From IMG/VR virus record IMGVR_UViG_3300001782_000005, positions 213,132 to 277,131 of that record: 64,000 bases of DNA, one strand, 5' to 3'. A program made the position numbers and the translations under genes. The notes under the pieces were generated by a model. The model ran no database searches, was not told the DNA's origin, and saw only the letters and a list, made by a program, of their open reading frames with translations. Numbering within the stretch: the stretch's first letter is position 1; each line of letters starts with the position of its first letter. Of the stretch, positions 38,463-49,860 are shown piece by piece.

Positions 38463-40733
38463 AAAATGAAGTTTAATTTGTCTACCTATGAACCCATCAT
38501 CTATACCATTGTAGGAATCATAATCGGCAGGCACCTAGACTCAATGTTGAAGCGTTTAGTAGACATATTTAGTGGAGGTTCTAGTGAACAAATTAGGTCC
38601 CCCGATAGAAAAGATAGATGTTGAGTGTAAATGTCCAATATGTGGAGAAAATCATTTTGCTAGAATGGAGTGGACAGGTCGTGGTACTCCTATAAAGTAC
38701 TGCACAACTTGTAAGAAGTCTATAGCAAGCATAGATTACTTACAACTCATAGTAAATAAAGAAGCTATTAGAAAGTCTGCTTTGAGACCACCTTATGAAT
38801 AAAGAAGTTAGTAAAATAATATGTGAGCATTGTATAGTTAAAGCGGTTTGCGATGATCCTTGTGTTCTATATTCTGAAGTATTTAACCCTCTATATAAGG
38901 AAATGAAAATAATAGAGAAGAAGATAGGAAGGCGGCTACATCCAAGTGAGGTATGGCAATTAGCGGTTAATAGTGCAAAGAGGATGAAAGAGGATGAGCG
39001 AAACAAAGTTTAAATTTCCAACTATGAAACTATGGATTGTGGGAAGGTTAAATCTTGATAAAGGAATTAAAGATTATCCGTTTGTGTGGGAAATCATGGG
39101 CGTGTTCTCAGATGAAAATCTAGCTAGACAAGCATGTACAAAACCAGTAGATTTCGTTGGACCCATAAACATGAATGAAAAACTTCCTGAAGAAACTCAG
39201 GAGTGGCCCAGTTTATATTATCCCTTAGATCCTCTAGCTACGGAGTAGGGAATGAGTCTAAAAGATAAGATAGATGAATGGATTGGTAAGAAGTGGAGGA
39301 AAAGACTTGATCAATTATTTCATTTAGCTTGGGCGCTTATTGCATTATACCCTGTTGCTAGTGATCCCAACTGGTACATGGGCGGAATAAGTGGTTTCTT
39401 ATTGGGACTACCAAGAGAGACAGTTGATCAATGGCCCGTAAATAATTGGGAAGATACGGCCTTAGATCTTTTATTTTTCACAATTGGTGGTATTATTGTT
39501 GGGACATATGTACAAGTGAAGATACGTTAATAGCGTATCAGTCGAAACGTATAGAAATATCCGTGAATAATGAAGGAGGAAAAAATGACTGAATGGTGTA
39601 TGGATTGTGGTAGAGCACATATAGGTCCCTGTAGGTCTATATTTGGAGGTGTGGTTCCAGATTTCATCATACAAGAAAGAAGAAGGAAGAGAGCAAAAAA
39701 GTATTCTTCAACAGAAGTTGTCTTAATTAGTGATGAAAATTCAAAGAGTAATAAAGTACATATACAAAGGAAATGGAATCAAACTCGTTGTGGTATTAAA
39801 CTATCTTCTGCTCGTCAGGTGTGGTCTGGAGATGAGATAGCCTTTGAGAATCTAAAAGAAGAGTATAATGTTTGTGGAAGATGTGCAAGTGCATTGAAGA
39901 GGAAAATTGCGAGAGATAAGAGATGAAAGAACATATGCGTATGTACCATGAGAATAAGAAAGCTATTAAAGATATAGTATGTAAAGAGTGTATAGTCAAA
40001 GCAACTTGTGAGGATTATTGTGAGAATATGGATTATCTAATTATCATGTGTGCGGATGTTAGACACCATACAAATCCCTCTAAAAGAAAAGCTGAGTTGA
40101 TAACAATCGCAAAAAGCATAAGTGAGTAGGGAGGAAATTATAATGGGTAATTTCATATTTGGTGCATTGGTGGGTTTAGTGATAGGTTGGAATTTTCTCA
40201 AACAACCAGTATGGGCAAAAGAATTAGTTGATAAACTTATTGCCTGGATTAAGTCATTGTTTAACAAAGATGCCAAAGGTTAAGCAAAAATATCCTAAAC
40301 CATTTGAGAGATATTATAGAGAGCTTCCTTGGTGGGGTAAGATATTTCATTGGATCAAAGTTGTATTAGCTCTAGTTGCTATAGTTGTAATGTTTCTTGG
40401 ATTTGCCTACCTTATATTAATAATCTTTGGTCTATATGGTTTTATATTGAAAGTAAGGGATTTCATTCTACTTGATATAATGCATTGGATATTTGGGTGA
40501 AGAAATGAGGCTGAAAGAAGGCGAACATTTGTGTAGCAAATGTGATGGTCTTGGACTTGTTGTGTTGGTTAGAGATAGCCAACCAAAAACGACTATCTGT
40601 GACCGCTGTGATGGTAGAGGCAAGTATGACTGGATTGAACGTGCAACTGGTCAAGTAGGTGAGAATCGTCCTTATACAAAAGAAGCAGAGAATTGGTTTC
40701 TTAGAGATATGATGGAATTCATAAGAGAAAAAG

Positions 40734-41378
40734 ATGAATAGAGAAAGAATCCTTGCAATCGGAGGTCATGTAATAAAAACTGCCAAATTAGATTTGGGGG
40801 AAGTTATCAAACGCGGAAATGTCGAGATGTTGATTCATAATGGTGGTTCAATATTTCATGACTTTCAATTATCAACTGATTTTGAACTTAATATTATTGG
40901 AAAACATTCTTATGACTTAGATAAACTAATTGTGGATCCAGGTATTAATCGAGTTGCTAGTTCAGTTGTATGGAATTGGATCAAAGATAAAGAAGAGTCA
41001 CCAAATGGTTCTATAACAAAACTATGTGAAGACTTAGGAATACCAGTGCTTCTATTTACTGCACCAGGTTGTGATTTTTGGCATTTGTTTGAGGGTGAGG
41101 AATATTGGATTGAACTTGCTAAAAGGATGTATAGAGATTTTGGAGATCTCAGACTTAGACTAAAATTTCCTTTTCATTATGTTTGTATGGGATCTGCTGT
41201 TATCCATCCAGAGGTTTTTACTAAAGCAATATCTGGTATCAGAAAACCGGAATTTAGAGCTGATGTTGTTGATTTCCTTGATATGTATAGACCTAGGACT
41301 AGAGTGGCAAAGTATGGTAAATATTATAAAATGGAACATAAGGAGTATTTACAAAGATGGATCATGGGAAAGTTGTAG
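40734..41378 (+). CDS. Deoxyhypusine-synthase-like fold protein (resembles the GSU2086 family)
   Basis: GGHVIK, HNGGSIFHDF, GSAVIHPEVFTKA and YRP motifs; family recognised from memory only. Confidence 0.5.
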   Translation: MNRERILAIGGHVIKTAKLDLGEVIKRGNVEMLIHNGGSIFHDFQLSTDFELNIIGKHSYDLDKLIVDPGINRVASSVVWNWIKDKEESPNGSITKLCEDLGIPVLLFTAPGCDFWHLFEGEEYWIELAKRMYRDFGDLRLRLKFPFHYVCMGSAVIHPEVFTKAISGIRKPEFRADVVDFLDMYRPRTRVAKYGKYYKMEHKEYLQRWIMGKL

Positions 41379-41897
41379 ATTACGGTGGTAGATATGGATC
41401 AAGCTGAAAGACTGGCGAATTTAATTTTAACTTCATGTCGAGGGTGTCTAGTGTATACTGTATGTAGTATGCCCTGCGTAGATCTCTATAAAATGCTACG
41501 GCAGCATGGAGTTTCAATACCCCCAAATCTTCCAAACCCCGTAGGGTTAGGGCACACTGTTCATCGAATTGTCAAGGAGTGGAGAGAGAATGGTCGAGAA
41601 AGGTTGGGAATGGAAACCAGGGTGGGGTAGACATACCCTAGCTGCTATAACAAGAGTAGTATGTGATGAGTGTTTAGTTAAATCAGTTTGTATGCGTGTG
41701 TGTCGCAACTATCATTTAATTCACGGTGTAATACTAAAATGGTATCAGAAGTACGAATATAATAGTTCAGAAGATGACTTCATGACAGAACTTAGAGACA
41801 TAACACAACAATTCATGCAATAAAAAAAGTTGGGAGACCTTCATCTCTCAACACTTGACTACACAAGTTAGTTAGTAATATATATAGTTAACAAGGC

Positions 41898-41929
41898 AAA
41901 AAAAGGAGTCGTGATGACCTCCTTTTTTT
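41898..41929. terminator. Bidirectional intrinsic terminator
   Basis: AAAAAAAGGAG-TCGTGATGAC-CTCCTTTTTTT. Confidence 0.75.
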
Positions 41930-41932
41930 GTT

Positions 41933-42076
41933 TTACTCACTGCTCGTGAGTTCGTCGATAATGACTTCTATTAGCCTGATCATCTTATGTTTAAGACGAT
42001 CGTCTAGAGTCATACGCGCTTCGTAGCGGTATTGACTCAAGTCATTAGCGGCACGGTCATCATAGTCTTCTGACAT
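41933..42076 (-). CDS. 47-aa protein with a structured leader (not in ORF track)
   Basis: MSEDYDDRAANDLSQYRYEARMTLDDRLKHKMIRLIEVIIDELTSSE; extended RBS AAAGGAGGTGATC; terminator directly downstream. Confidence 0.7.
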   Translation of the reverse strand: MSEDYDDRAANDLSQYRYEARMTLDDRLKHKMIRLIEVIIDELTSSE

Positions 42077-42972
42077 ATGATCACCTCCTTTCCCCTTAGA
42101 TCACAATGGGGCTACTCACGAGCAAAACGGAGTACTGGCGTGGAGGGTTTAAACTTCCGGAACCCTCCGTGTAGACCAGGACAACATCAACCTGATCTAC
42201 CGCCAAATACATTCTCCACAAAATAACATATATAGTAAAGGTTTTTTAAAATGAATGACTGGTGCCAATTCGAGAACATATGGGTAGATGATAATACTCG
42301 AAAATACAGGTGCCCGGAGTGCAACAAACGTCTCACCCCAATGGAGATTAACGACAGGTTTACAGGTGAGTTCATAGGTTTTAAATTACCCCCACATAAG
42401 ACGAAAGGTTACAAGATCAAACGTCTCAAATCTAGGTCCTCGAAGAGAAGGTCTAAATAACAGATAATCTTAGAGAGGAGGAAACTAATGCCAAAAGACA
42501 ATAAGAAAAGTAAATTACTATCTCATCTAGTGGTTATCATCATAGCATTAATTATAGGTTTCTTCATTGGCCGTTCATTCACTTGTCCACCCCAAAAAGA
42601 CTGCCCCGAACTAAGTAGAAGCGATTGGATACATGAACATGACTTAAGAACCGTACTAGACAACAGGAATAGTAATGGATAAAAAGTTAGAGTCCGCCGG
42701 CCCCCTATGGGTTTCCCTCGGAGAATATAAATCAGGTGGAGACATAAGACTAAAGATGATAGGTCTAGACTATATGTTTGAGTGTGGTCTGTCAGCAAAA
42801 GAGGTTCTAATAAACGTATCAAAGACTATATGTACTGGTTGCCTTATAAATCCTACGTGTGGAGTGGTGTGTCCAGGATTCTTATTCACATACAGAGAAA
42901 TAGTAGAGTGGTTGAATAAGAATGAAGATAGACAAGTGAATGGTTTAGAAGTATTAGAGGTATTGATGGAAA

Positions 42973-43401
42973 TTGCAGGAGATAAGAAACTTGAATGACG
43001 AAAGAATATTTGTTTTCACAAATGGTTGTTTTGACATATTACATTGTGGTCATTTGAGGGTATTTCAGTATGCAAGAACCCTAGGTGACTATGTAATAGT
43101 CGGCCTCAATAGCGACCAGTCCGTCAGGGAGTTGAAAGGTCCAGGTCGTCCCATTATACCCCAAGACGAGAGAAAAGAGATGTTAGAGTCTATTAGGTTC
43201 GTTGATAAAGTCATCATATTTGATGAACTAACCCCACTGAAGTTGATAGAGGCCATACGACCTAACATTATAGTCAAGGGTGAAGATTGGAAGGATCGAG
43301 AAGTCGTGGGATCTCACATTGCAAAGGTTAAGTTTGTACCCATATTGAAGAGGTACTCCACAACGGAGATTGTAGAGAGGATTAGAGGAGTTGAAAAATA
43401 A
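42973..43401 (+). CDS. rfaE2: Heptose-1-phosphate adenylyltransferase (HldE transferase domain)
   Basis: VFTNGCFDILHCGH, VGLNSDQSVRELKGPGRP, VKGEDW, STTEI. Confidence 0.9.
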   Translation: MQEIRNLNDERIFVFTNGCFDILHCGHLRVFQYARTLGDYVIVGLNSDQSVRELKGPGRPIIPQDERKEMLESIRFVDKVIIFDELTPLKLIEAIRPNIIVKGEDWKDREVVGSHIAKVKFVPILKRYSTTEIVERIRGVEK

Positions 43402-44453
43402 TGCATGGCAGGCATGATGAAGATAATGAGTATATAACTGTAAGTATGTTCTGTCAACAGTGCGATTTTGAGAGCGAACCCTTTGAATGTATCAATACTG
43501 AAGATGAGAGGTTAAACCTAACCTGTCCCATTGAGGCGTGTGTGAATTATGGCGGGAGAATGTTACCAAGATTATACAGGGATGTCCCTGTGGAGCAACT
43601 TGGTCCTAAAATCCTCACCCTTGATGATAAATGGGTAGAGTTTATAATGGATGAATTGAAAAGGGAAGATATTGAAGTTGGGACTAGAAGGTTCTCTGAA
43701 TTAGTGAGAGACCGAGATATACTGAAGATTATATGGAGAATAGTTAGGAGATGGAGGATTTCAGAGTATATAGACTGGGATACCTAATGCCTTATAGGGG
43801 TGAAAATTTAGTTCTATAAATTTTTGAGGATATTTGGATATGAAAAAACGGATATTACCCCGACTAAGGGATCCCTGTGCGAAATGCTTAGTAATAACTA
43901 TATGTGGGGTTAGATGTGAGATAAAGGAGGGGTATGAGAAAAGGAAGCAATTAATGGGGGATTGGTGGGATATGGTTAAGTTAACTGGTTCATTTGCTTG
44001 TTTAATATGTATGCTCCCATTCGTTGCTTTTGCCTTTATGCTTACGAATCTCTTATATAGGGTAAAAATTGGGAACCCATAAGATTGCCCTTGCTCAGAA
44101 TGAGTAAAAATCTCGGACGTAAAAAAAAGATAGAAAAGGCGAGTAATAGATGATCCACGAAATGAAAGAAAAATTTTCTCAGAAATCAGTAAAATCCGGT
44201 GAAATAGTCGTTTCCGTCAAAAATGACTCAGATCCAATAAATGACCTAATTTGTTCAAAATGTCTACTCTATACTAATTGTTCAGCAGCTTGTGAGCACT
44301 TAGATGAGGTTTATTCGCATATTGGCCATGAATTCTACAATAAAGATTACATATACCAACCAAAACTCATGAGAGCCAAGGGAAAACGGGATGAAATACG
44401 TAGAATAGTTACTAATATAGTTAATGAATACCTAAAAGAAAAGGAGATACATA

Positions 44454-44778
44454 ATGGCGGAGAAACAGATACTTAACATATTGAACGCTATTGAACCGCG
44501 TCTATGGTGGTTCTTGCTGCAAACTGTTATCGCATTTGGGATTGCTTTGGCCGCTAAGAATTATATAGATAGTTTAGTATCTTACTTTTACTTTATGGTT
44601 AATAAGAGACTGAACATAAACGTCAAAGTAGAGGTGAGGGGGGAAGCAAGGAGTCATAACTGGATATAACCGAAGATGGATCTTTATACGAACTGACGAC
44701 AATTGTGATGTATTGGTGAATATGAAACGGTGGGAATTCGAGCAGTGGGTGATAGTTGACCCATATAAGATGACATAA
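44454..44778 (+). pseudogene. MscS-like mini membrane protein, frameshifted at a G6 run (44638-44643)
   Basis: TM N-terminus; removing one G continues VRGKQGVITGYNRRWIFIRTDDNCDVLV..., an MscS beta-domain-like pattern, to TAA at 44778. Confidence 0.5.
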
Positions 44779-44882
44779 CGGCGTATATGGCGCGTTATAT
44801 GGCGGCATATATACGCGTATATATCGCGATATGGGACTCTGAATACCTGTTGCCATAGGCTTTTCTTAGAAATTTTTCAAAA

Positions 44883-45893
44883 ATGGAGGGTAGGATGCAA
44901 TCTGTGAATTATGAAATCTTGTTGAATGATTTGTTGAGAGAGAATATGTCAGAGGATGGTTTCAAACTATGGACTGCAATGCTGACCAAAATAACTGCGA
45001 TATGGAATCGTCCAACTTCGTCTACTGGGAAATACCATAATAAAGATGATGGGAGAGTTCCCACAGTTGCTGAGCATACATATGAGATGTTATATGCAGC
45101 AACAAAAGTTATGAGAATGTATGGAGCAGAACCAAAATCAGTTGATGCAGACATCATATGTCTTGGAATTGCGTTGCATGATGCTTGGAAATATGGTGAA
45201 AATCCAAAATTGAGAGATCATACAGCAAATGCTCACGACATGATCGCAGCAGATATGATTAGGAAGAACAAAGATGTCATCCTCCAACTATATTCTGAAG
45301 AAAAATTCGATCTTCTAGAAGAAATTATACGCTTCCACCAGGGAAGATGGTCTACAAACGTCAAATATGAACCCGATTTTGATTGGTCCACATATCATCC
45401 CTATACTCACTTCATACATGCCCTTGATATGCTCTCTGCAAACAACTGTCTCCACTCAAACAATCAAACAAAAGAAACAAAACTCCACCCCATACCAGAT
45501 GACAAATCATATACCTCACTAGCTACCATAATAACAGGTCTCCGAGTTAAAATAGACGAGACCATATATGACTCCGCACAACAACCCATCCTGCTCATCT
45601 TAACCGATCAAGACAAGTTGAACATCACAAATATGTCACCTGAGGCAACCAAGTACTGCGTATATCCCAAAGACCTTAGTCCAGACTCTATAAAAGAGTG
45701 GATGAAGGATGAGGGTTATTTACCCCCCAGTATGGTTAAGCATACAAAGGACATTGAGCATATTGAGAGAATTGATAATAAGGGTCAGAATATCCCAGAT
45801 GAAGAACTAAACAATGATAATGATACTGAAGAAGACTCTAGTATACACTTACCTAAAATGACTGAATATGACCTTGATGACGTCTCTATATAG
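44883..45893 (+). CDS. HD-domain phosphohydrolase
   Basis: KYH...EHT, ALHDAWKYG, H...FHQGRW, HALD. Confidence 0.8.
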   Translation: MEGRMQSVNYEILLNDLLRENMSEDGFKLWTAMLTKITAIWNRPTSSTGKYHNKDDGRVPTVAEHTYEMLYAATKVMRMYGAEPKSVDADIICLGIALHDAWKYGENPKLRDHTANAHDMIAADMIRKNKDVILQLYSEEKFDLLEEIIRFHQGRWSTNVKYEPDFDWSTYHPYTHFIHALDMLSANNCLHSNNQTKETKLHPIPDDKSYTSLATIITGLRVKIDETIYDSAQQPILLILTDQDKLNITNMSPEATKYCVYPKDLSPDSIKEWMKDEGYLPPSMVKHTKDIEHIERIDNKGQNIPDEELNNDNDTEEDSSIHLPKMTEYDLDDVSI

Positions 45894-46318
45894 GGGGATA
45901 GCATATTGTCAGACAGCGATATATCCAGGATGATTGACAATGAGTTGAATAGGGACTATGAGGTCAACTGTAATAGGTGTGGGAAAAGACTGAAGACATG
46001 GTTTAAGTGTCCCCATTGTCAGTTGATACATTTCTGCGACTGTTACCAAGGACCCTCATGTGATTGTGTTAGTAGTCCCAATGATATACGAAGTATTATT
46101 GAGGATATGAAGCAACTGTGCAGGAGTTATATATGAACCCCATAGACTACCTATCAAGGTTTTGGGAGAGTATATTATTCCCAACTGATAAACTTAAAAT
46201 AGGACCGCCTCCTGTATCTGCTGAAGTTATGGCATGGATAACTCTCATAGGTGGCATTATAGGTTTCATTATGTTCGTAGACTGGTTGTGGGATAAGGTT
46301 AAACCTAAATAGGAGTCA

Positions 46319-46642
46319 ATGAATATGTCAGTAAAAGACTTCAGGTGGGAGTTTCAGGCATTAATCAAGAAGGTTGTCACTACAACTAAATATGACGTTG
46401 AAGTGGACTTGGGATTTAGGATAAAACATAAGATGAGGATTTCGTTGTTAGGTTGGTCTGAGATATCAAATGATGCAGTCGATTATGTTAGGGATAAGGT
46501 TGAGGGTAAGATTGTCATACTGAGACCAAGACATGCTGAAGTAGATGAGCAATATGTTGCAGATATAATACTCCTTGATGGTCGTGATCTAAAACTATTA
46601 ATTAGGGGTTGGGAGACTGGATATGATAAGGTTGGTACATAG
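46319..46642 (+). CDS. Thermonuclease (SNase)-like fold protein, probably degenerate
   Basis: VEVDLGF...RISLLG...YVADI pattern; canonical DGDT absent. Confidence 0.45.
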   Translation: MNMSVKDFRWEFQALIKKVVTTTKYDVEVDLGFRIKHKMRISLLGWSEISNDAVDYVRDKVEGKIVILRPRHAEVDEQYVADIILLDGRDLKLLIRGWETGYDKVGT

Positions 46643-47600
46643 GATTATATTGACTGAACTATGTAATCAATCGTGCCCCCATTGCTTCAATGCAGACTTC
46701 CGGACTAAGGGTGTTATGGATGCAGATATGTGGATCAAGTTTATACAGGATAACACCGACTATATACGAGGTCATGAACTAAAGGTAATGGGTGGGGAGC
46801 CTACTCTGCATCCTAGATTTCTTGAGGTCGTTGAGGAATCACTTAATCACTATAGGACTATCTCTATATTCACTAATGGTTCTACGATGCATAAATATGC
46901 TTCTAATAGAATGCTGATGAAGAATCACTTTAGGGGTAGAGTAGACTATAAGATAAATGGTTACGTATTTGATCCTAATAAGTTCGAGGAGTATAAGGAA
47001 TATGTACACCAGATAGGTCTACACTGTGTTGTTCCTCTAGGAGATTCTGATCTATTTGTTAATAAGGTACTTGAATTTACATATTTGCACCCACAGGTTA
47101 TGATATTGCTCTCTCCCGATACTCAGGTTAATATATTTGACGAGTCTATACTAAAGGAATATAGAGAAGTATGGATTAATGTTATTACAGACATTGTGCC
47201 TGAACTTAGAAGGATGAATATACCCTTTGGTTATGACCATGTATTTCCTATATGCTTCTATACTCAAGAGATGATAGATATTCTACATACCTTTGATATG
47301 GATAGTCTATATAGAGAGAAGATATGTTGTTGTGGGGATTTGAATTTAGGGTTGATTGACTATAACTTTGATCTATACTATTGTAATCAGACAAGGATTA
47401 AGTTAGGATCTATTCTCAAAGATGATAATACTTTTAAGACGATGGACGAAATATTCAATATGATTCAATGTGCATCATCTATGAAAACTGAGTCTATCCT
47501 TGAGTTATCGGATAAGTGTAGATCATGTCATGTTGTAGCATCTTGTAAGACTGGTTGTTTTTATAACTCTCTTGTGGGGGGGTTAATGTGTCAAAGATAA
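46623..47600 (+). CDS. Radical SAM/SPASM protein
   Basis: CNQSCPHC, MGGEPTLHP, IFTNG, C-terminal CRSC...CKTGC. Confidence 0.88.
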   Translation: MIRLVHRIILTELCNQSCPHCFNADFRTKGVMDADMWIKFIQDNTDYIRGHELKVMGGEPTLHPRFLEVVEESLNHYRTISIFTNGSTMHKYASNRMLMKNHFRGRVDYKINGYVFDPNKFEEYKEYVHQIGLHCVVPLGDSDLFVNKVLEFTYLHPQVMILLSPDTQVNIFDESILKEYREVWINVITDIVPELRRMNIPFGYDHVFPICFYTQEMIDILHTFDMDSLYREKICCCGDLNLGLIDYNFDLYYCNQTRIKLGSILKDDNTFKTMDEIFNMIQCASSMKTESILELSDKCRSCHVVASCKTGCFYNSLVGGLMCQR

Positions 47601-48168
47601 GTAAGTGGTTATATCCAAGGTTTAAGTTTCCTATTGATCCTCAGTGGCCATTGAAGAGTAATTTCATAAATAGGTTGGCAGCTAGGATTACAGCTAGGAT
47701 GATATTCCATGCGTTAGGGGAGTCTTATCAGTTTGGTGGATATACAGGAATGTTAATGGAACAATATGAAATGGTAGATGCAGATAAATTTCAATTGATG
47801 CATTGGATATTGAGGGAGGCTGGATATAATTGCTGTCCTGCAGATGTAATGGAGGCATGTGGTGTGGACCCAGATACTAGGAAGGCAACTGTAGGACCTA
47901 AGTCAATGGGTGATCACATAGCAATTGGTAAATGGGTAAGGAGACACGTAAGGGGGGATTTGACACTTGATTAGAAGGAGGGTGAATATGTGGTGGCATA
48001 GACATTATTGGGGTAATGGATTTGTTCCTGTACAGAATAGTAAAGGGGAACTTGAGTTGGTACCTAGTCGGTATTGTTGGGATCAAAACTGTAGAAAACA
48101 CCAGGTATGGATAAAACCTAGGTGGTTTGACTATCCGCCTAACTTTGAGATGAAGGGATTCTATTTTC

Positions 48169-48615
48169 ATGCGCAATACATCTAATGGAATAACTAAATA
48201 TGTGGTTGGTTTTGCTTTCGATGAATGTAAGAAGAAGGTGATTCTTATCCGTAAATTAAGACCGGAATGGCAAAAAGGTGCACTCAATGGACCTGGTGGA
48301 GTCATTGAGGATGATGAGAGTGAGTATGAAGCAATGGCTAGGGAATTTTCTGAGGAAACGGGAGTTATTACTCTATCTGATTGGTGGAGGTGTAAAGTTG
48401 TTCTAGAGGGTGATGGTTGGAGAGTTTATTTCTTTTCAATTATATTAGATAATAAGGTATTCAATTCTGCTAAGACAGTAACTGATGAAAAAGTACAGGT
48501 TGTACCTACCAATAGGTTATTTGATTATTCAATGATAAATAATTTGACTTGGTTGATTCCCTTTTGTATGTACGAACCAGATATACCTGAGAGAGTATAT
48601 TTTATAGGAGCTTAA
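48169..48615 (+). CDS. Nudix hydrolase
   Basis: GGVIEDDESEYEAMAREFSEETG Nudix box. Confidence 0.88.
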   Translation: MRNTSNGITKYVVGFAFDECKKKVILIRKLRPEWQKGALNGPGGVIEDDESEYEAMAREFSEETGVITLSDWWRCKVVLEGDGWRVYFFSIILDNKVFNSAKTVTDEKVQVVPTNRLFDYSMINNLTWLIPFCMYEPDIPERVYFIGA

Positions 48616-48616
48616 T

Positions 48617-49195
48617 ATGGGACTATCACAGTCATATACTGGTATTGAGGTACCCAAATTAAAAGCGGGTGATATAATTCTCACTCGTGCTAAGAAGAAT
48701 TGGTTTACTGACCTGTTCCTCAAACTTATTCAATATGGTGGGGGCGGGGACCCTGCTAGATTTACTCATGTATCTTGTATGGTAGCCCCTAACATGCTAA
48801 TAGAGGCACAGATGAAAGTTGTTAAACGAGATATGCTTCAGGTTAAGAAGTATATGTCAAAGAGAGCATACAGGATTGTGAGGAAGAATGATTTGAGTGA
48901 TGGGGATGCTGCCGGTATTGCTGAGAGACTCCATTGGGAATTAGGTAGGAAGTTCAGTCTAGCTACTATATTCTGGCAACTCTGTGATAACCTGTTTAGA
49001 ACTAATTGGTTTACAGGTACCTTGAATAGATCAAGTGGTATCGTATGTTCCTCTCTTGTAGCCAAGGCATGGCAGGACCAAGTAGGTCTTAGATTTAACG
49101 GAAGAGATTGGTTTTCAGTAGAACCAGATGATGTTGATGATGAAACACAGAAATCTGGTTGGACTGCCCTATCTGAGAAAGTAGAAGGTGTGTAA
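48617..49195 (+). CDS. Permuted papain-like (YiiX/YaeF, NlpC/P60) enzyme
   Basis: GDIILT...FTHV...IEA...VCSSLVAKAW. Confidence 0.75.
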   Translation: MGLSQSYTGIEVPKLKAGDIILTRAKKNWFTDLFLKLIQYGGGGDPARFTHVSCMVAPNMLIEAQMKVVKRDMLQVKKYMSKRAYRIVRKNDLSDGDAAGIAERLHWELGRKFSLATIFWQLCDNLFRTNWFTGTLNRSSGIVCSSLVAKAWQDQVGLRFNGRDWFSVEPDDVDDETQKSGWTALSEKVEGV

Positions 49196-49860
49196 TATGA
49201 ATGGTGAGTTATTTGATAGTATAGAAAAACCGCCAGAGGGTTTATCAAAAGATGAATTAAAAAAGTGGATGAGAAAACACCGTGATTACCCGGAGATGAC
49301 TTTGGCTGAATATATGATCTTACCCACAAGAGAAGAGTACCATGAGATTATATACTCAGTACCTAGAAATCACAGAGAGGGAGACAAATATAGACTTGGT
49401 GAGGATCCTAAGGTTGGCGATCTTGCTGTGTATATGGAGTTTATGGATATTGATAATAAGTTGAGAAAATCAGAACTTGCACCTGCCATGGACCCTGTAG
49501 ATGTGCATGGTAATGTGCCGCTAACTACTATTACTTTACAACTAAGATTATGTTGGATTGTATAGGAGGATATTGTGAGTAGTAAGGTTGAGGAATATCT
49601 GCTATATCTTGAAGAAAGAGATCGTCTATTAGAACAGTATCGTGCCTGTCGTGAGTATTGTAATAAATTGCCTGGAGATAAACAACTAGATTGCTTCAAA
49701 AGATGTGAATCTAAAGTTGTAGATCAGATGGAAAAATTAAAAACTAATATAGTTGTATTTGGTCGAGATTACCATGCTGAAGTGGGAGCATAATTTGCTG
49801 ATAATGACTACTTGTAATGGGAACAAATTCAAAATATGACCTACGCGTTGGGAGGATAAT

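Larger units (their letters stand above)
38572..44476 (+). other. Cluster of small accessory ORFs, including seven CxxC-x5-C-x3-C paralogues
   Basis: Tightly packed 60-130 aa ORFs; motif present in 38795, 39923, 41385, 41590, 42675, 43834 and 44150. Confidence 0.6.
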
